Shown: piece by piece, positions 10,883 through 21,009 of the stretch | How the letters are laid out: every line of letters begins with the position of its first letter | Position numbering within the stretch: the stretch's first letter is position 1 | NCBI GenBank assembly: GCA_903847205.1 | Contig: CAINDA010000061.1 | Location: 2,543-66,542 of the forward strand | DNA: 64,000 nt | Direction of reading: 5' to 3' | From: an uncultured Bacteroidota bacterium | GTDB taxonomy: Bacteria; Bacteroidota; Bacteroidia; 2-12-FULL-35-15 | Made by a program: the position numbers and the translations under genes | Notes under the pieces: model-generated | The model's input: the letters and a program-made list of their open reading frames with translations, nothing else | Database searches by the model: none | Told to the model about the DNA's origin: nothing

Positions 10883-11353
10883 ATGAAAGCACTAAAACAA
10901 TTGGCAGCTATATTAATCAGCATTTATCTGCTTACAAGCTGTAACAGCGGATCAGGTAATTCAACGCAGACGAATAATGCCGGTTCAATTAAAATCGATT
11001 CAGCCGCAAAAAAAGATTCGGCAAAAGAAAGTAAAGACCTCGTTGAATTAAAAGGTGAGGTTATAACAGAGCTTCATTACGGCCCTCCCGGATTTGGAGA
11101 GGATACTGTAAATGAAAAAGTTTATCCCTATATATTGCTTTTAGAAAATAAAATAGAAAACAAATGGGCTTCTGAAAGTGATGAAGAAAAATATGTTAAC
11201 AAAATTCAGCTTGCATTTCCTGAGGAATTAAGTGCGAAAGTGAAAAAATTAAAAAACAAAAAAGTGATTGTTAAAGGGGAATTATATCATTGGGATAACG
11301 GAACACAATATACGCCGGTTCTTATCTGGCTAATAAAAATTGACGAGCAGTAA
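10883..11353 (+). CDS. Lipoprotein with DUF4431-like OB-fold domain
   Basis: Lipobox LTSC; YGPPGFGE and KVIVKGELYHWDNGTQYTPVLI motifs. Confidence 0.6.
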   Translation: MKALKQLAAILISIYLLTSCNSGSGNSTQTNNAGSIKIDSAAKKDSAKESKDLVELKGEVITELHYGPPGFGEDTVNEKVYPYILLLENKIENKWASESDEEKYVNKIQLAFPEELSAKVKKLKNKKVIVKGELYHWDNGTQYTPVLIWLIKIDEQ

Positions 11354-11459
11354 GTGTAATCTTACCGGAGTTTAGAAAGTTTATTTTATTTTCGGCTCTG
11401 TAAGTAAAAATTTTAATTCCACAGTTAAGCTTTAAAAAACCAATTCAGAAAAACGGAAT

Positions 11460-12080
11460 ATGGAAAATCCAAACTCCCGGCTAGAAGCCTTTTGCGACGG
11501 CGTATTTGCAATAGCACTTACCTTGTTGATTATAGAAATTAAAATCCCTCCTCTGGAAAGTGTTCACACTAAAAACGAATTATGGGCGGCGTTTGCAAAA
11601 GCGTGGCCTTCCTGGCTGGCATTTTTAGTCAGTTTTATTACTATATTAATTTCATGGGTAAATCATTCACATGCCTTAAAATTAATCGGTAAGTACTCCA
11701 CTAAATTTACTTATTCGAACGGCTTATTGCTCCTGTCGATTATCATACTGCCTTTCCCTACGGCAGCTGTTGCCGAATATTTTCAAACTGATTTAGTGCA
11801 GCCAGCTGTTACATTGTATTGCGCTGTTTCTTTATTAAACAATGCCGGATGGCTGGTTCTGCAGCATGCAGCATTACATCCTAAACCATTATATAAATCA
11901 GGGATTGACAGCAATAAAATAAAAACAGCAGCTCATTACACCAGAATAGGATTTGTTTTATACGTTTTTGCTTTTGTCCTTTCGTTTTGGTTTCCGATAG
12001 CAGCTTTTTTGATTATTGGCTTTTCGTTTATCGCATGGCTGATACTGGGGATAATCCTAAAAGAGGAAGATGAAAATTAA
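11460..12080 (+). CDS. TMEM175 family potassium channel
   Basis: RLEAFCDGVFAIALTLL, SFITILISWVNH and LPFPT motifs; about 6 TM helices. Confidence 0.9.
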   Translation: MENPNSRLEAFCDGVFAIALTLLIIEIKIPPLESVHTKNELWAAFAKAWPSWLAFLVSFITILISWVNHSHALKLIGKYSTKFTYSNGLLLLSIIILPFPTAAVAEYFQTDLVQPAVTLYCAVSLLNNAGWLVLQHAALHPKPLYKSGIDSNKIKTAAHYTRIGFVLYVFAFVLSFWFPIAAFLIIGFSFIAWLILGIILKEEDEN

Positions 12081-12110
12081 AAGCAGATTGAAATTTCTTG
12101 TATATTTAGA

Positions 12111-13421
12111 TTGGTAATTAACCGAAAATTAAAATCAATGAGCGCAAATAACTATCTTGTATGTATTATGTTTATGGCCTCTTACTGCACTGCGCAGACA
12201 AAAGAGATTTCTTCGTCATTTAAATCGGTTAAAACAAATGAGATAATTTTCGAAAAATCGTCCTTCGAGGAGATTAAGGCAAAAGCCAAAAGGGAAAAAA
12301 AATTAGTATTTATTAATATTTATAATAAAGCCTGCATACCATGCAGGGAAATGGAAAAGAACGTATTTACAAATACCCGTGTGGCCGACTATTATAATCC
12401 TAGTTTTATTAACGCATCCTATGATTATGACGGTAAGGAAGGCCAGGAGATCTCGGAAATTTATCAGGTGCAGTGTTTTCCAAATTATTTATTTATGAAT
12501 GGAGACGGCAAAATTGTGTTTAGACGGGTTGGAGCGATGGGACCGGAAGATTTTGTGAAATTGGCGGAAACAGCTGCTGACCCGAAACAATGGCTATCAT
12601 ATTACGAAGAAGAGTATCCGAAAAAAAAATCTGATCCGGAGTTTTTATTAAAATACCTTCGGGTACTCGACAAAGCGAGCTGTATGAATCTTGTCAATTT
12701 TTTTCCAATCGAAAGCGAAATGGAACAGTTCAAAAAAAGAGACAGTTTATTAAAAGGATATTTTGCTTTACAGACAGATGAAATGCTTATCAGTAATGCA
12801 AATTGGAATGTAATAAAAGAGTTTACCTATGATTACAAAAGCAGAGAGTTTTCTTATCTGCTGAAGAATGCAGCCGCCTATAAAAAATTATATACTGCAG
12901 ATTCTGTTTCAATTAAAATTAAGGATGTACTTATAAATAGCAGAGGATTATTTTGCTTTAATAAGGGTTATACTGAGGCGAACGAAACGGCGTATATTAA
13001 TGAAGTTAAAAAGCTAAACTCATTGGAAGCTGAACCAGCTGTTTTTTGGCTTACGCTGGATTGTTATAAAGGGAGTAAAAAATGGCAAAACTATATCGGA
13101 TTAGTTGATGAGTCCGGGGATAAATATATCCTTTCTTCACAAGAAAAAGAAAGTGTATCAAAAGTAATTTATGAAAATATACATGATAATGCCTCTTTAC
13201 TAAAGGCAGAACAAATGATGAAAACTGCAGCTGAAAAGGATCCAAGCTGGCTGGTTTATGAGACGTATGCAAATGTATTGTATGAAGAAAATAAAAAAAG
13301 TGAAGCCAAATCAATAGCACTGAAAGCCTTGGAAACAGCCAAACAAATTGGAGCTAAGCCTAAAAATTATGAAAGCGTTAATTATCTATTGGAGAAAATA
13401 GAAAAACTAAAAACGCCGTAA
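12111..13421 (+). CDS. Exported thioredoxin-fold protein (CxxC) with helical/TPR-like C-terminus; likely start 12138
   Basis: Signal peptide, AKREKKLVFINIY..CIPCREMEKNVF, YQVQCFPNYLF, and a C-terminal YETYANVLY helical repeat. Confidence 0.75.
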   Translation: MVINRKLKSMSANNYLVCIMFMASYCTAQTKEISSSFKSVKTNEIIFEKSSFEEIKAKAKREKKLVFINIYNKACIPCREMEKNVFTNTRVADYYNPSFINASYDYDGKEGQEISEIYQVQCFPNYLFMNGDGKIVFRRVGAMGPEDFVKLAETAADPKQWLSYYEEEYPKKKSDPEFLLKYLRVLDKASCMNLVNFFPIESEMEQFKKRDSLLKGYFALQTDEMLISNANWNVIKEFTYDYKSREFSYLLKNAAAYKKLYTADSVSIKIKDVLINSRGLFCFNKGYTEANETAYINEVKKLNSLEAEPAVFWLTLDCYKGSKKWQNYIGLVDESGDKYILSSQEKESVSKVIYENIHDNASLLKAEQMMKTAAEKDPSWLVYETYANVLYEENKKSEAKSIALKALETAKQIGAKPKNYESVNYLLEKIEKLKTP

Positions 13422-13440
13422 AGCCTTGTGAACAATGAAT

Positions 13441-14184
13441 TTAAAGCTCCTCCAGCATTTTCATTACTTCAGGACGCTTGCGTGTAGAAACAGGTATTGT
13501 GCTTCCGTCGTTCATCAGCAAATAACCGCCGTCAGTTTTTATAAACTCTTTAATGAATTTTGTATTTAGTAAATGTGATTGATGAACGCGGTAAAAACCC
13601 TGGTCGTTCAGGAGATCTTCAAAATCTTTCAGCGTTTTCGTTACTAATAATTTTTTTCCTGTTGTAAAATAAAACTCAGTGTAGTTGACGCTGCTTTCAC
13701 AGCGGATGATGTCGCATATATTTACAATATGTATTTTATCCTGTGTGTGCAAAGCAATCCGTTCATGCGTTTTTCGATTGTTCTTCAGCGAATCATTGAG
13801 CAGTTTATATTTTTCATTTTCATTTAATTTCTGTTCTCTGAACTTTGTCAAAGCGCTTGTCAGTTCATCGGGGTCAACGGGTTTTAATAAATAATCTATG
13901 GCGGCATAACGGAAAGCTTTGATAGCATGTGCGTCCGATGCAGTAATAAAAATAATTTTAAAAGGAATATCTTTTAAAATATCAAGCAGGTCAAAACCGC
14001 TTCCGTCCTGCATTTGAATATCTAAGAACAAAATATCAGGCAGCACTGATTTTAATAATTTCGCGCCTTCGATTACGCCGTTTGCTTCTCCTATAACGGT
14101 CACATCAGGGGCATACACCTGCAGGTCTTTTTTCAGAGTGATGCGCGCCTGTTCAATGTCGTCGATTATTATTGCTTTTATCAT
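13441..14184 (-). CDS. LytTR family response regulator
   Basis: REC domain (IIDD, FLDIQMQDGSGFDLL, DYLLKP) plus LytTR domain (FYRVHQSHLLN, IPVSTRK). Confidence 0.95.
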   Translation of the reverse strand: MIKAIIIDDIEQARITLKKDLQVYAPDVTVIGEANGVIEGAKLLKSVLPDILFLDIQMQDGSGFDLLDILKDIPFKIIFITASDAHAIKAFRYAAIDYLLKPVDPDELTSALTKFREQKLNENEKYKLLNDSLKNNRKTHERIALHTQDKIHIVNICDIIRCESSVNYTEFYFTTGKKLLVTKTLKDFEDLLNDQGFYRVHQSHLLNTKFIKEFIKTDGGYLLMNDGSTIPVSTRKRPEVMKMLEEL

Positions 14185-14201
14185 TTGAGTATAATTATTT
14201 T

Positions 14202-17200
14202 TTATCCAATTGGTATTCTCACAATTACTTTAGTTCCAAGTGCATTCTGCTGTTCGTCATATAAATCAATGATCTCCAGCGATTTTATATTTTTATTTTC
14301 CTGCAGCAGATCAAGTCGTTCCTGAGTTACAATCAATGCAGTGGAGGTATGATACGTTTCTTTACTGCTTTTATTGAGCTCATCAGCTTTTATTCTGCCG
14401 ATGCCGTTATCCTTTACTGAACACTCTAGAACGTTGTTCTTCTCTGTAAAATCAACTTCAATCAATCCCCTTTTACCATCAATATATTTCAATCCGTGCT
14501 TGATTGCATTTTCAACAAAGGGCTGCAGCAGCATTGGAGGAATTTTTATATAATCTTTCTCGATAGCGGCATCAACATTAATTTTATAATCAAAGCGGTC
14601 GCCGTTACAGAATTTTTCTATCAGTAAATAATTTTCAAGAGTGTTCGCTTCTTCTTCCAAAGTGATTGCCGCATTTCGCGAGTTATCTAATATCTGCCTC
14701 ATCAGGCGGGAGAACTTCGCGAGGTAATACCTCGCAGATTGCTCGTTATCCGTTCCTATCTGAGATTGAATAGAATTCAATGCGTTGAAAATAAAATGAG
14801 GATTCATCTGCAGACGCAACGCTTTTTGTTCGAGTTCAACAACATCTTTTTCGAGTTGCAATTTCCGCTGTTCCTCAGCAGCCTTGGCTTTGAGGATGCT
14901 CTTCTGCTTGTTAAAAATAAAAAAGATACCGCCGGATGCAATAAGCAGCATTAACGTAATAAACCACCAGCGCTGCCATATTGCCGGAGAAATATGGAAT
15001 TGCAGCATAACAGGATTCTTGTTCCACACCCCATCTTCATTGCAGGCTTTAACCATAAAAGTGTATGCGCCTGCACCAAGATTCGAATATAAAATACTGT
15101 GATTATTGGATACTGGCGACCAGTCTTTATCGAATCCATCCAGCTTCCATTGATATTTCACAGCATCGGGATTGCTGAAATTAACAGCTGAAAAATCGAA
15201 TGTTAAATGGTTTTGGTTATACGGTAATTCAAGATGTGAAATAGTATTCCAATCTCCTGCGAAGTTTTTATACTTTGTATCTGCAATGCTTTCGTAAAAC
15301 AATTTTACATCGCCGATGCTTGTTACAGGCTCGTTTTCATTCTTCACTAAGTTTTCAGGATTGTATTTAGCCAGACCGTTGATGGTGCCGAACCACATGG
15401 TGCCGTCCGCATCTTTGAACACCGAATTCTGGCAGGTTTCAATTCCGGTAAAACCCTCACCTTTGCTGTAATGCTTTATTTTAGAGGGTGTGCGGTCTTT
15501 ATCAAGATATACATAATCCAAGCCCGTTTCGGTGCCTACAAATAAATTATTGTTTTTATCCATACTCATCAGATAAATATTTGAGGAGGTTAAACCGCTG
15601 CTGTGGTTATAAGAGCTCACCTTTATATCCCCTTGGTAGAGCGGGAATGAGGCTATACCGTATCCCGCAGTGCCTATCCATAAATAACCGCTTTCATCCT
15701 CCGTAATACAGCGGATGGTGTTGGAGGGCAGACCGTCTTTTTTACTGATGAATTTTTTTTGAACAGCATCAACTATTAAAAAACCTATGCCGTTATTTTC
15801 TGTGCCGTACCATAATCTTCCCTGCTTATCGCTGTGCAGGCAGGTTAAGCGGTTATGAAGGAGGCCTTCTTCTTCAGTGAAATGCTGCAGTTTTGTTTTT
15901 GATTTAGCACTACTGAGTTTATATAAACCATTGCCGGCTGTAGCAATCCATAAGCTGCCGGCTTTATCTTTTTCTATTGCACGGATATATTTTTTTGTTA
16001 ACCCTGCGAAAGGCTTGAAATCAATGCCGTTGAAAACAAATACTCCCTGCCCGTCGGTGCCGATATAAATATTTCCTTCGTTATCTTCATTCACAGCTTT
16101 TACTTTTACATCCTCGAAACCATTGTCAGCAGTGTAGTTGTGAAATTTCAAGCTGTCGAACACACACACTCCTTTATCGGATGTGCCTATCCACAAACGC
16201 TGCCGGCTGTCCCTGAAAATGCTGTAGATAAAGCTTCCCGAAAGGCCGGAAGATTTGTCGTAATTGATAAACTGTTTCCCGAAATAATTGCAGACGCCTC
16301 CACCTGAAGTTCCAAACCAGTAACTGCCGCTTTTATCCTGGATGATGCACTGCACATGGTTGTTGCTCAACCCCTCATTTTCTGTTAAGCGGTTAAATGT
16401 TTTTGCAGCAGTATTATACTGCACCACCCCGTTTGAAAGAGTTGCCAGCCATACATTGTCATGATGATCAAAATAAATATCTAAAACCGTCTGCTTGTAC
16501 AATTCCAAATGGAAATCTATTCTTGAAAATTTTCTGCTTTCGTATTTATAAACACCGTCGCCGTAAGTCCCGATCCACAAAGCACCTTTAGGATCTTCCT
16601 TGATAGAAGTAATTGAGTTGGTCATGAAGCCGGCAGCTTTGCCATATTTCGAGGAAGTGAACAAACCATTTTTCTCAGTAATTTTAAATAGACCTTCGCC
16701 GTTGCCGTACCAGATGCTTCCCGCTTTATCAACAAGAACAGCATTAATCACGGATCGGTTTTCTTTTAATAGGTCTGTTACATTGGTGAAAATATTATTG
16801 CTGTCGAGCATTAAAACGCCGATGTTTGTGGCCAGCCATTTTCTTCCTTTCAAATCAAAATCCAAATCCTGTATCCAGACTTGCGCAGAGTCATTTGCAG
16901 GCAGATAATTCTGAAATTTTATTCCGTTGTATTTCGAAAGCCCGTTATTAGTACCTATCCAGAGGTTATGCTTCTGATCTTCTTTTATGCAGAATACATA
17001 GTTATTTATCAGTCCGTCGTTGACAGTAAACGTTTTAAAATTTACTCCGTCAAATCGGGAGATTCCTCCTCCGCGTGTTCCCATCCATAAATAACCACGG
17101 CTGTCCTGAAGCAGGCTGTACACCTGCGATTGAGCCACACCGTCTTTTACAGAATAGTTGTGGAAATTATACTGCTGTGAAAAACCGGCAGAAATAATCA

Positions 17201-17237
17201 GGAAAAAATAAAGAAATGCGAATTGTGTTTTTTTCAA
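14202..17237 (-). CDS. Sensor histidine kinase (Reg_prop beta-propellers + Y_Y_Y + LytS-type His_kinase)
   Basis: Repeated DxxGxLWxGT blades, YSNLGAGAYTFMVKACN, TM WQRWWF, LRLQMNPHFIFNALNSI, LQPFVENAIKHG and DNGIG. Confidence 0.93.
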   Translation of the reverse strand: MKKTQFAFLYFFLIISAGFSQQYNFHNYSVKDGVAQSQVYSLLQDSRGYLWMGTRGGGISRFDGVNFKTFTVNDGLINNYVFCIKEDQKHNLWIGTNNGLSKYNGIKFQNYLPANDSAQVWIQDLDFDLKGRKWLATNIGVLMLDSNNIFTNVTDLLKENRSVINAVLVDKAGSIWYGNGEGLFKITEKNGLFTSSKYGKAAGFMTNSITSIKEDPKGALWIGTYGDGVYKYESRKFSRIDFHLELYKQTVLDIYFDHHDNVWLATLSNGVVQYNTAAKTFNRLTENEGLSNNHVQCIIQDKSGSYWFGTSGGGVCNYFGKQFINYDKSSGLSGSFIYSIFRDSRQRLWIGTSDKGVCVFDSLKFHNYTADNGFEDVKVKAVNEDNEGNIYIGTDGQGVFVFNGIDFKPFAGLTKKYIRAIEKDKAGSLWIATAGNGLYKLSSAKSKTKLQHFTEEEGLLHNRLTCLHSDKQGRLWYGTENNGIGFLIVDAVQKKFISKKDGLPSNTIRCITEDESGYLWIGTAGYGIASFPLYQGDIKVSSYNHSSGLTSSNIYLMSMDKNNNLFVGTETGLDYVYLDKDRTPSKIKHYSKGEGFTGIETCQNSVFKDADGTMWFGTINGLAKYNPENLVKNENEPVTSIGDVKLFYESIADTKYKNFAGDWNTISHLELPYNQNHLTFDFSAVNFSNPDAVKYQWKLDGFDKDWSPVSNNHSILYSNLGAGAYTFMVKACNEDGVWNKNPVMLQFHISPAIWQRWWFITLMLLIASGGIFFIFNKQKSILKAKAAEEQRKLQLEKDVVELEQKALRLQMNPHFIFNALNSIQSQIGTDNEQSARYYLAKFSRLMRQILDNSRNAAITLEEEANTLENYLLIEKFCNGDRFDYKINVDAAIEKDYIKIPPMLLQPFVENAIKHGLKYIDGKRGLIEVDFTEKNNVLECSVKDNGIGRIKADELNKSSKETYHTSTALIVTQERLDLLQENKNIKSLEIIDLYDEQQNALGTKVIVRIPIG

Positions 17238-17270
17238 TTTATATCTGGATATTCTTTACTAGCAGTGATT

Positions 17271-17340
17271 TTTTTTAACCACATAGAAACATAGAAAATT
17301 TTAATGGTTAAAAAAACTATGTTTCTATGTGGTTAAAAAA
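17271..17340. repeat. Perfect 24-bp inverted repeat, REP-like element
   Basis: ttttttaaccacatagaaacatag (17271-17294) and ctatgtttctatgtggttaaaaaa (17317-17340), with an internal 9-nt acatagaa repetition. Confidence 0.8.
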
Positions 17341-17461
17341 ACAGCGTTCATTTAACCGGCCCCTTAATCACTTAATCAAAGATAAAAAACACTTCCGATT
17401 AAAATGGCCGCGAATAATAAAATGGTTAATACAGTCAAAAGATGCCGCTTAATTTTGGTGT

Positions 17462-19867
17462 ATGAAAAAGTCAAAGCTTAATACTATTGCAATCTCAGCC
17501 CGGCAGGCATTTTCTAAATATGTCACAAGAAAAGTATTCAAAAAAATAATTGTTTTAAGCATTATCATGTTTACAGTTTGGTATGTAAACTGCCTTCCAA
17601 AGCGCCTTTTCCGCGATAACACCTCAACAGTACTTCTGGATAAAAACGGTGTTTTATTAGGTGCTAAAATAGCTCCTGACGGACAATGGCGTTTCAGTCC
17701 ATCCGACAGCATTCCTAAAAAATTTGAAACCTGCCTTATCCAATTTGAGGACAGAAACTTTTACAAACACCCCGGCATCAGTATTAACGGACTTAGCAGA
17801 GCTGTGGTTCAGAACTTTAAAAACCAAAGAATAGTAAGCGGAGGAAGCACACTTACCATGCAGCTGGCACGTATTGCAAGAAAAAATCCGCCCCGCACTA
17901 TTTTTGAAAAAGTTCTCGAAATGATTTTAGCAACACGCATGGAAATACGTTTTACTAAAAAAGAAATTCTGAATTACTACGCCTCTCATGCGCCTTTCGG
18001 TAATAATGTGGTTGGTCTTGAAGCTGCATCCTGGAGATATTTTGGAAGATCTCCTAACTCGCTCAGCTGGGCAGAGAGCGCTGCATTGGCTGTGCTGCCG
18101 AACGCTCCGGGACTAATCTATCCCGGCAAAAATCATCAGCGCTTATTGGATAAACGCAACCGTTTATTGAAACGTTTATACGACATAAAAACCTTAGATG
18201 AAACAAGCTATCAATTGGCGCTTTCAGAGCCCTTGCCTGATAAGCCTCTGAAACTGGCACAAAGCGCTCCGCATCTCTTGGATAAATTTATCAAAGAAGG
18301 TTTCAAAGGAAAAATAATCAGAAGTCCTATCGACAATAACCTGCAGTTAAAGGCTATGCAGCAGCTGCAGACGCACAGTGAACTGCTTCAGGAAAATAAA
18401 ATATTTAACGGAGCAATTATGATTACTTCCGTGAAAACTGGGCAGGTGCTGGCTTACGTTGGAAACACAGAGGCTTCAGGCGATGAGCACAGCTCTGATG
18501 TGGATTGCATTTCCGCTCCGCGAAGCACGGGAAGCATATTAAAACCTTTTTTGTATGCGAAGAGTTTGGAGGACGGATTAATTACTCCCTCAATGTTATT
18601 AGCAGATATCCCGACACAGTTCGGAAGCTTTTCCCCTAAAAATTTTTCGCAGCAGTACGACGGTGCTGTGCCGGCTAATCAGGCTTTATCAAGGAGTTTA
18701 AATATTCCGATGGTGAGGTTATTAAATGAATACGGCTTGGAAAAATTTTACCGCGATCTTAAAAATTACGGACTTACCACCTTAAATAATCCCGCCCGTT
18801 ATTATGGATTGTCGCTTATACTGGGCGGTGCAGAAGCAAAGCTCTTCGATTTGAATACTGCATATACTCAGATGGCTCAGGAATTAGAATTTGCTGAATC
18901 TATGCCGATTGAATTGACTTCAGAACCTCAGTCAGCTAAAAAAAAGAAAAACGAAGCGGCTGCATCGCATTATGCAATGAAAACCAACAGAGCCTGCATC
19001 TTCAGCGCTTTTGAAGCGATGGTGGAAGTGAACAGACCGGATGATGACGGTAACTGGAAAGCGTTTGCATCGGCACAGAAAATTGCATGGAAAACGGGAA
19101 CCAGCTTTGGTTTCAGGGATGCCTGGGCAATAGGCATTACACCCGATTATGTGGTATCTGTCTGGGTAGGTAATGCTGACGGCGAAGGGCGTCCGGGTTT
19201 AACAGGGATAAAAGCCGCTGCGCCGATATTATTTGATATGTTTGATCAGCTTCCGAAATCAGCTGCATGGTTTAGGGCGCCGGCTGAAGAGCAGTGTAAA
19301 GTATCAATCTGCAAAGAAAGCGGGCAGAGAGCTTCTGACCTCTGCGAAAATAAAGTTTCGGTATTGCTGCCTAAAACCTGCCTGAACACCACGTCCTGCC
19401 CCTATCATCAAACAGTTCATTTAACAAAAAACAATAAATTTCGTGTTGACAGCGACTGCGAATCGGTATATAATATGAAAAATGTTACCTGGTTTGTACT
19501 GCCTCCTCTAATTGAAAAGTATTATAAATTCAATCATCCGAATTATAAAGTGCTGCCTGATTTTAAACCGGAGTGCCTTGCTAAAATATCCGACAAGGCA
19601 ATAGCAGTAATGTATCCCAAACCTAACAGCAAAATTTATGTTCCTCTTGATATTGACGGCAGCATAGGGAGAACAGTATTTGAAGCCGCTCATAGGAATG
19701 TAAATACAAAGATTTACTGGCATTTGGATGATGAGTATATCGGCGAAACAAAAGAAATTCATCAGTTGGCTTTAAACCCTGCTGTGGGCAAGCATAAGCT
19801 GAAGCTGATTGATGAAAACGGGATTGCTGTAATGGTAAAATTTGAGGTGATGGGGAAGGAGAATTGA
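17462..19867 (+). CDS. pbpC: Penicillin-binding protein 1C
   Basis: DGQWRF, transglycosylase FEDRNFYKHPG and GGSTLTMQLAR, transpeptidase STGSILKPF / SLNIP / KTGTSFGFRDAW, and a C-terminal BiPBP_C-like domain (YWHLDDEYIGET). Confidence 0.93.
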   Translation: MKKSKLNTIAISARQAFSKYVTRKVFKKIIVLSIIMFTVWYVNCLPKRLFRDNTSTVLLDKNGVLLGAKIAPDGQWRFSPSDSIPKKFETCLIQFEDRNFYKHPGISINGLSRAVVQNFKNQRIVSGGSTLTMQLARIARKNPPRTIFEKVLEMILATRMEIRFTKKEILNYYASHAPFGNNVVGLEAASWRYFGRSPNSLSWAESAALAVLPNAPGLIYPGKNHQRLLDKRNRLLKRLYDIKTLDETSYQLALSEPLPDKPLKLAQSAPHLLDKFIKEGFKGKIIRSPIDNNLQLKAMQQLQTHSELLQENKIFNGAIMITSVKTGQVLAYVGNTEASGDEHSSDVDCISAPRSTGSILKPFLYAKSLEDGLITPSMLLADIPTQFGSFSPKNFSQQYDGAVPANQALSRSLNIPMVRLLNEYGLEKFYRDLKNYGLTTLNNPARYYGLSLILGGAEAKLFDLNTAYTQMAQELEFAESMPIELTSEPQSAKKKKNEAAASHYAMKTNRACIFSAFEAMVEVNRPDDDGNWKAFASAQKIAWKTGTSFGFRDAWAIGITPDYVVSVWVGNADGEGRPGLTGIKAAAPILFDMFDQLPKSAAWFRAPAEEQCKVSICKESGQRASDLCENKVSVLLPKTCLNTTSCPYHQTVHLTKNNKFRVDSDCESVYNMKNVTWFVLPPLIEKYYKFNHPNYKVLPDFKPECLAKISDKAIAVMYPKPNSKIYVPLDIDGSIGRTVFEAAHRNVNTKIYWHLDDEYIGETKEIHQLALNPAVGKHKLKLIDENGIAVMVKFEVMGKEN

Positions 19868-19876
19868 ACTGAAGTT

Positions 19877-20896
19877 TTATTTCTTCCGGTCCCCGCCTTG
19901 CCGTTCCAGCATCCAGCCGGGGTATTCAGGAGAAAGGCGGCTTACCTCATCCAGCCTTTTTAATTCATCTTCTGTAAGCATTACCTGCACTGCTTTAAGA
20001 TTATCCTCGAGTTGAGATAGCTCTTTTACCCCGATGATAACGCTTGTAACAGCAGGCTGATGAAGCAGCCACGCCAATGCAAGTTGTGAAGCGGTGGATT
20101 GTTTTTCTTCAGCAATTTTACACAGGACATCAATCACATCAAAAGCTTTTTCTTTATTTACTGGCGGGAAATCAAAGGATGCGCGCCTTCCGCCTGCTCC
20201 TGCTTCACCATTCCGTTTGTATTTACCGCTCAGCAAACCGCCGGCCAATGGACTCCAAACCATTAATCCCAGGTTTTGGTCTTTTAACAGCGGAATAATT
20301 TCCCGTTCCAAATCTCTTCCTGCCAAGGTATAATAGGCCTGCAGCGAAACAAATTTAGATAGGCGGTTATAATTTGAATAAGCCAATGCTTTCATTATAT
20401 GCCATGATGCAAGATTGCTGCATCCTATATATCGTACTTTACCGCTTTTGACCAATGAATCAAGCGTATCAATGGTTTCTTCAATGGGTGTAGATTCATC
20501 GTAACCATGAATTTTATACAAATCAATATAGTCGGTATTGAGGCGCTTAAGGCTGGCTTCTACTTCATGCAGAATGTGCTTACGGCTGAGGCCTGACCCA
20601 TTTGGCGTATCGTTCATTTTCCCGCGGACCTTGGTTGCAATTACCAGGTCATTTCTTTTTAATTCCAGATTACGAATTGCCCTGCCGGTCATTTCTTCGG
20701 ATACACCTTCTGAATATACATTAGCTGTATCAATAAAATTGATGCCGGAATCAACTGCTTTGCCAACAAGATTATCGGCAGACTGCTGGTCTAAACTGCC
20801 GATGGAAGTCCAAAATCCTTTCCCGCCGAAGGTCATAGTGCCCAGGCATAGTTCCGATACTTTGAGGCCGGTATTTCCTAATAGTTTATATTTCAT
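19877..20896 (-). CDS. Aldo/keto reductase
   Basis: LGNTGLKVSELCLGTMTFG, FIDTANVYS, IATKV, SLKRLNTDYIDLY, GKVRYIGCSN and WSPLAGGLLSGKY. Confidence 0.95.
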   Translation of the reverse strand: MKYKLLGNTGLKVSELCLGTMTFGGKGFWTSIGSLDQQSADNLVGKAVDSGINFIDTANVYSEGVSEEMTGRAIRNLELKRNDLVIATKVRGKMNDTPNGSGLSRKHILHEVEASLKRLNTDYIDLYKIHGYDESTPIEETIDTLDSLVKSGKVRYIGCSNLASWHIMKALAYSNYNRLSKFVSLQAYYTLAGRDLEREIIPLLKDQNLGLMVWSPLAGGLLSGKYKRNGEAGAGGRRASFDFPPVNKEKAFDVIDVLCKIAEEKQSTASQLALAWLLHQPAVTSVIIGVKELSQLEDNLKAVQVMLTEDELKRLDEVSRLSPEYPGWMLERQGGDRKK

Positions 20897-21009
20897 ACTG
20901 CTTTATATTTATAAAAATGAATGGACAAAGATTAATATTTAAAACCTTAAGACACATTTTAGATAAATTATTTCTACCACACAAATTTGAGCGTTTTACT
21001 TAGATTATC

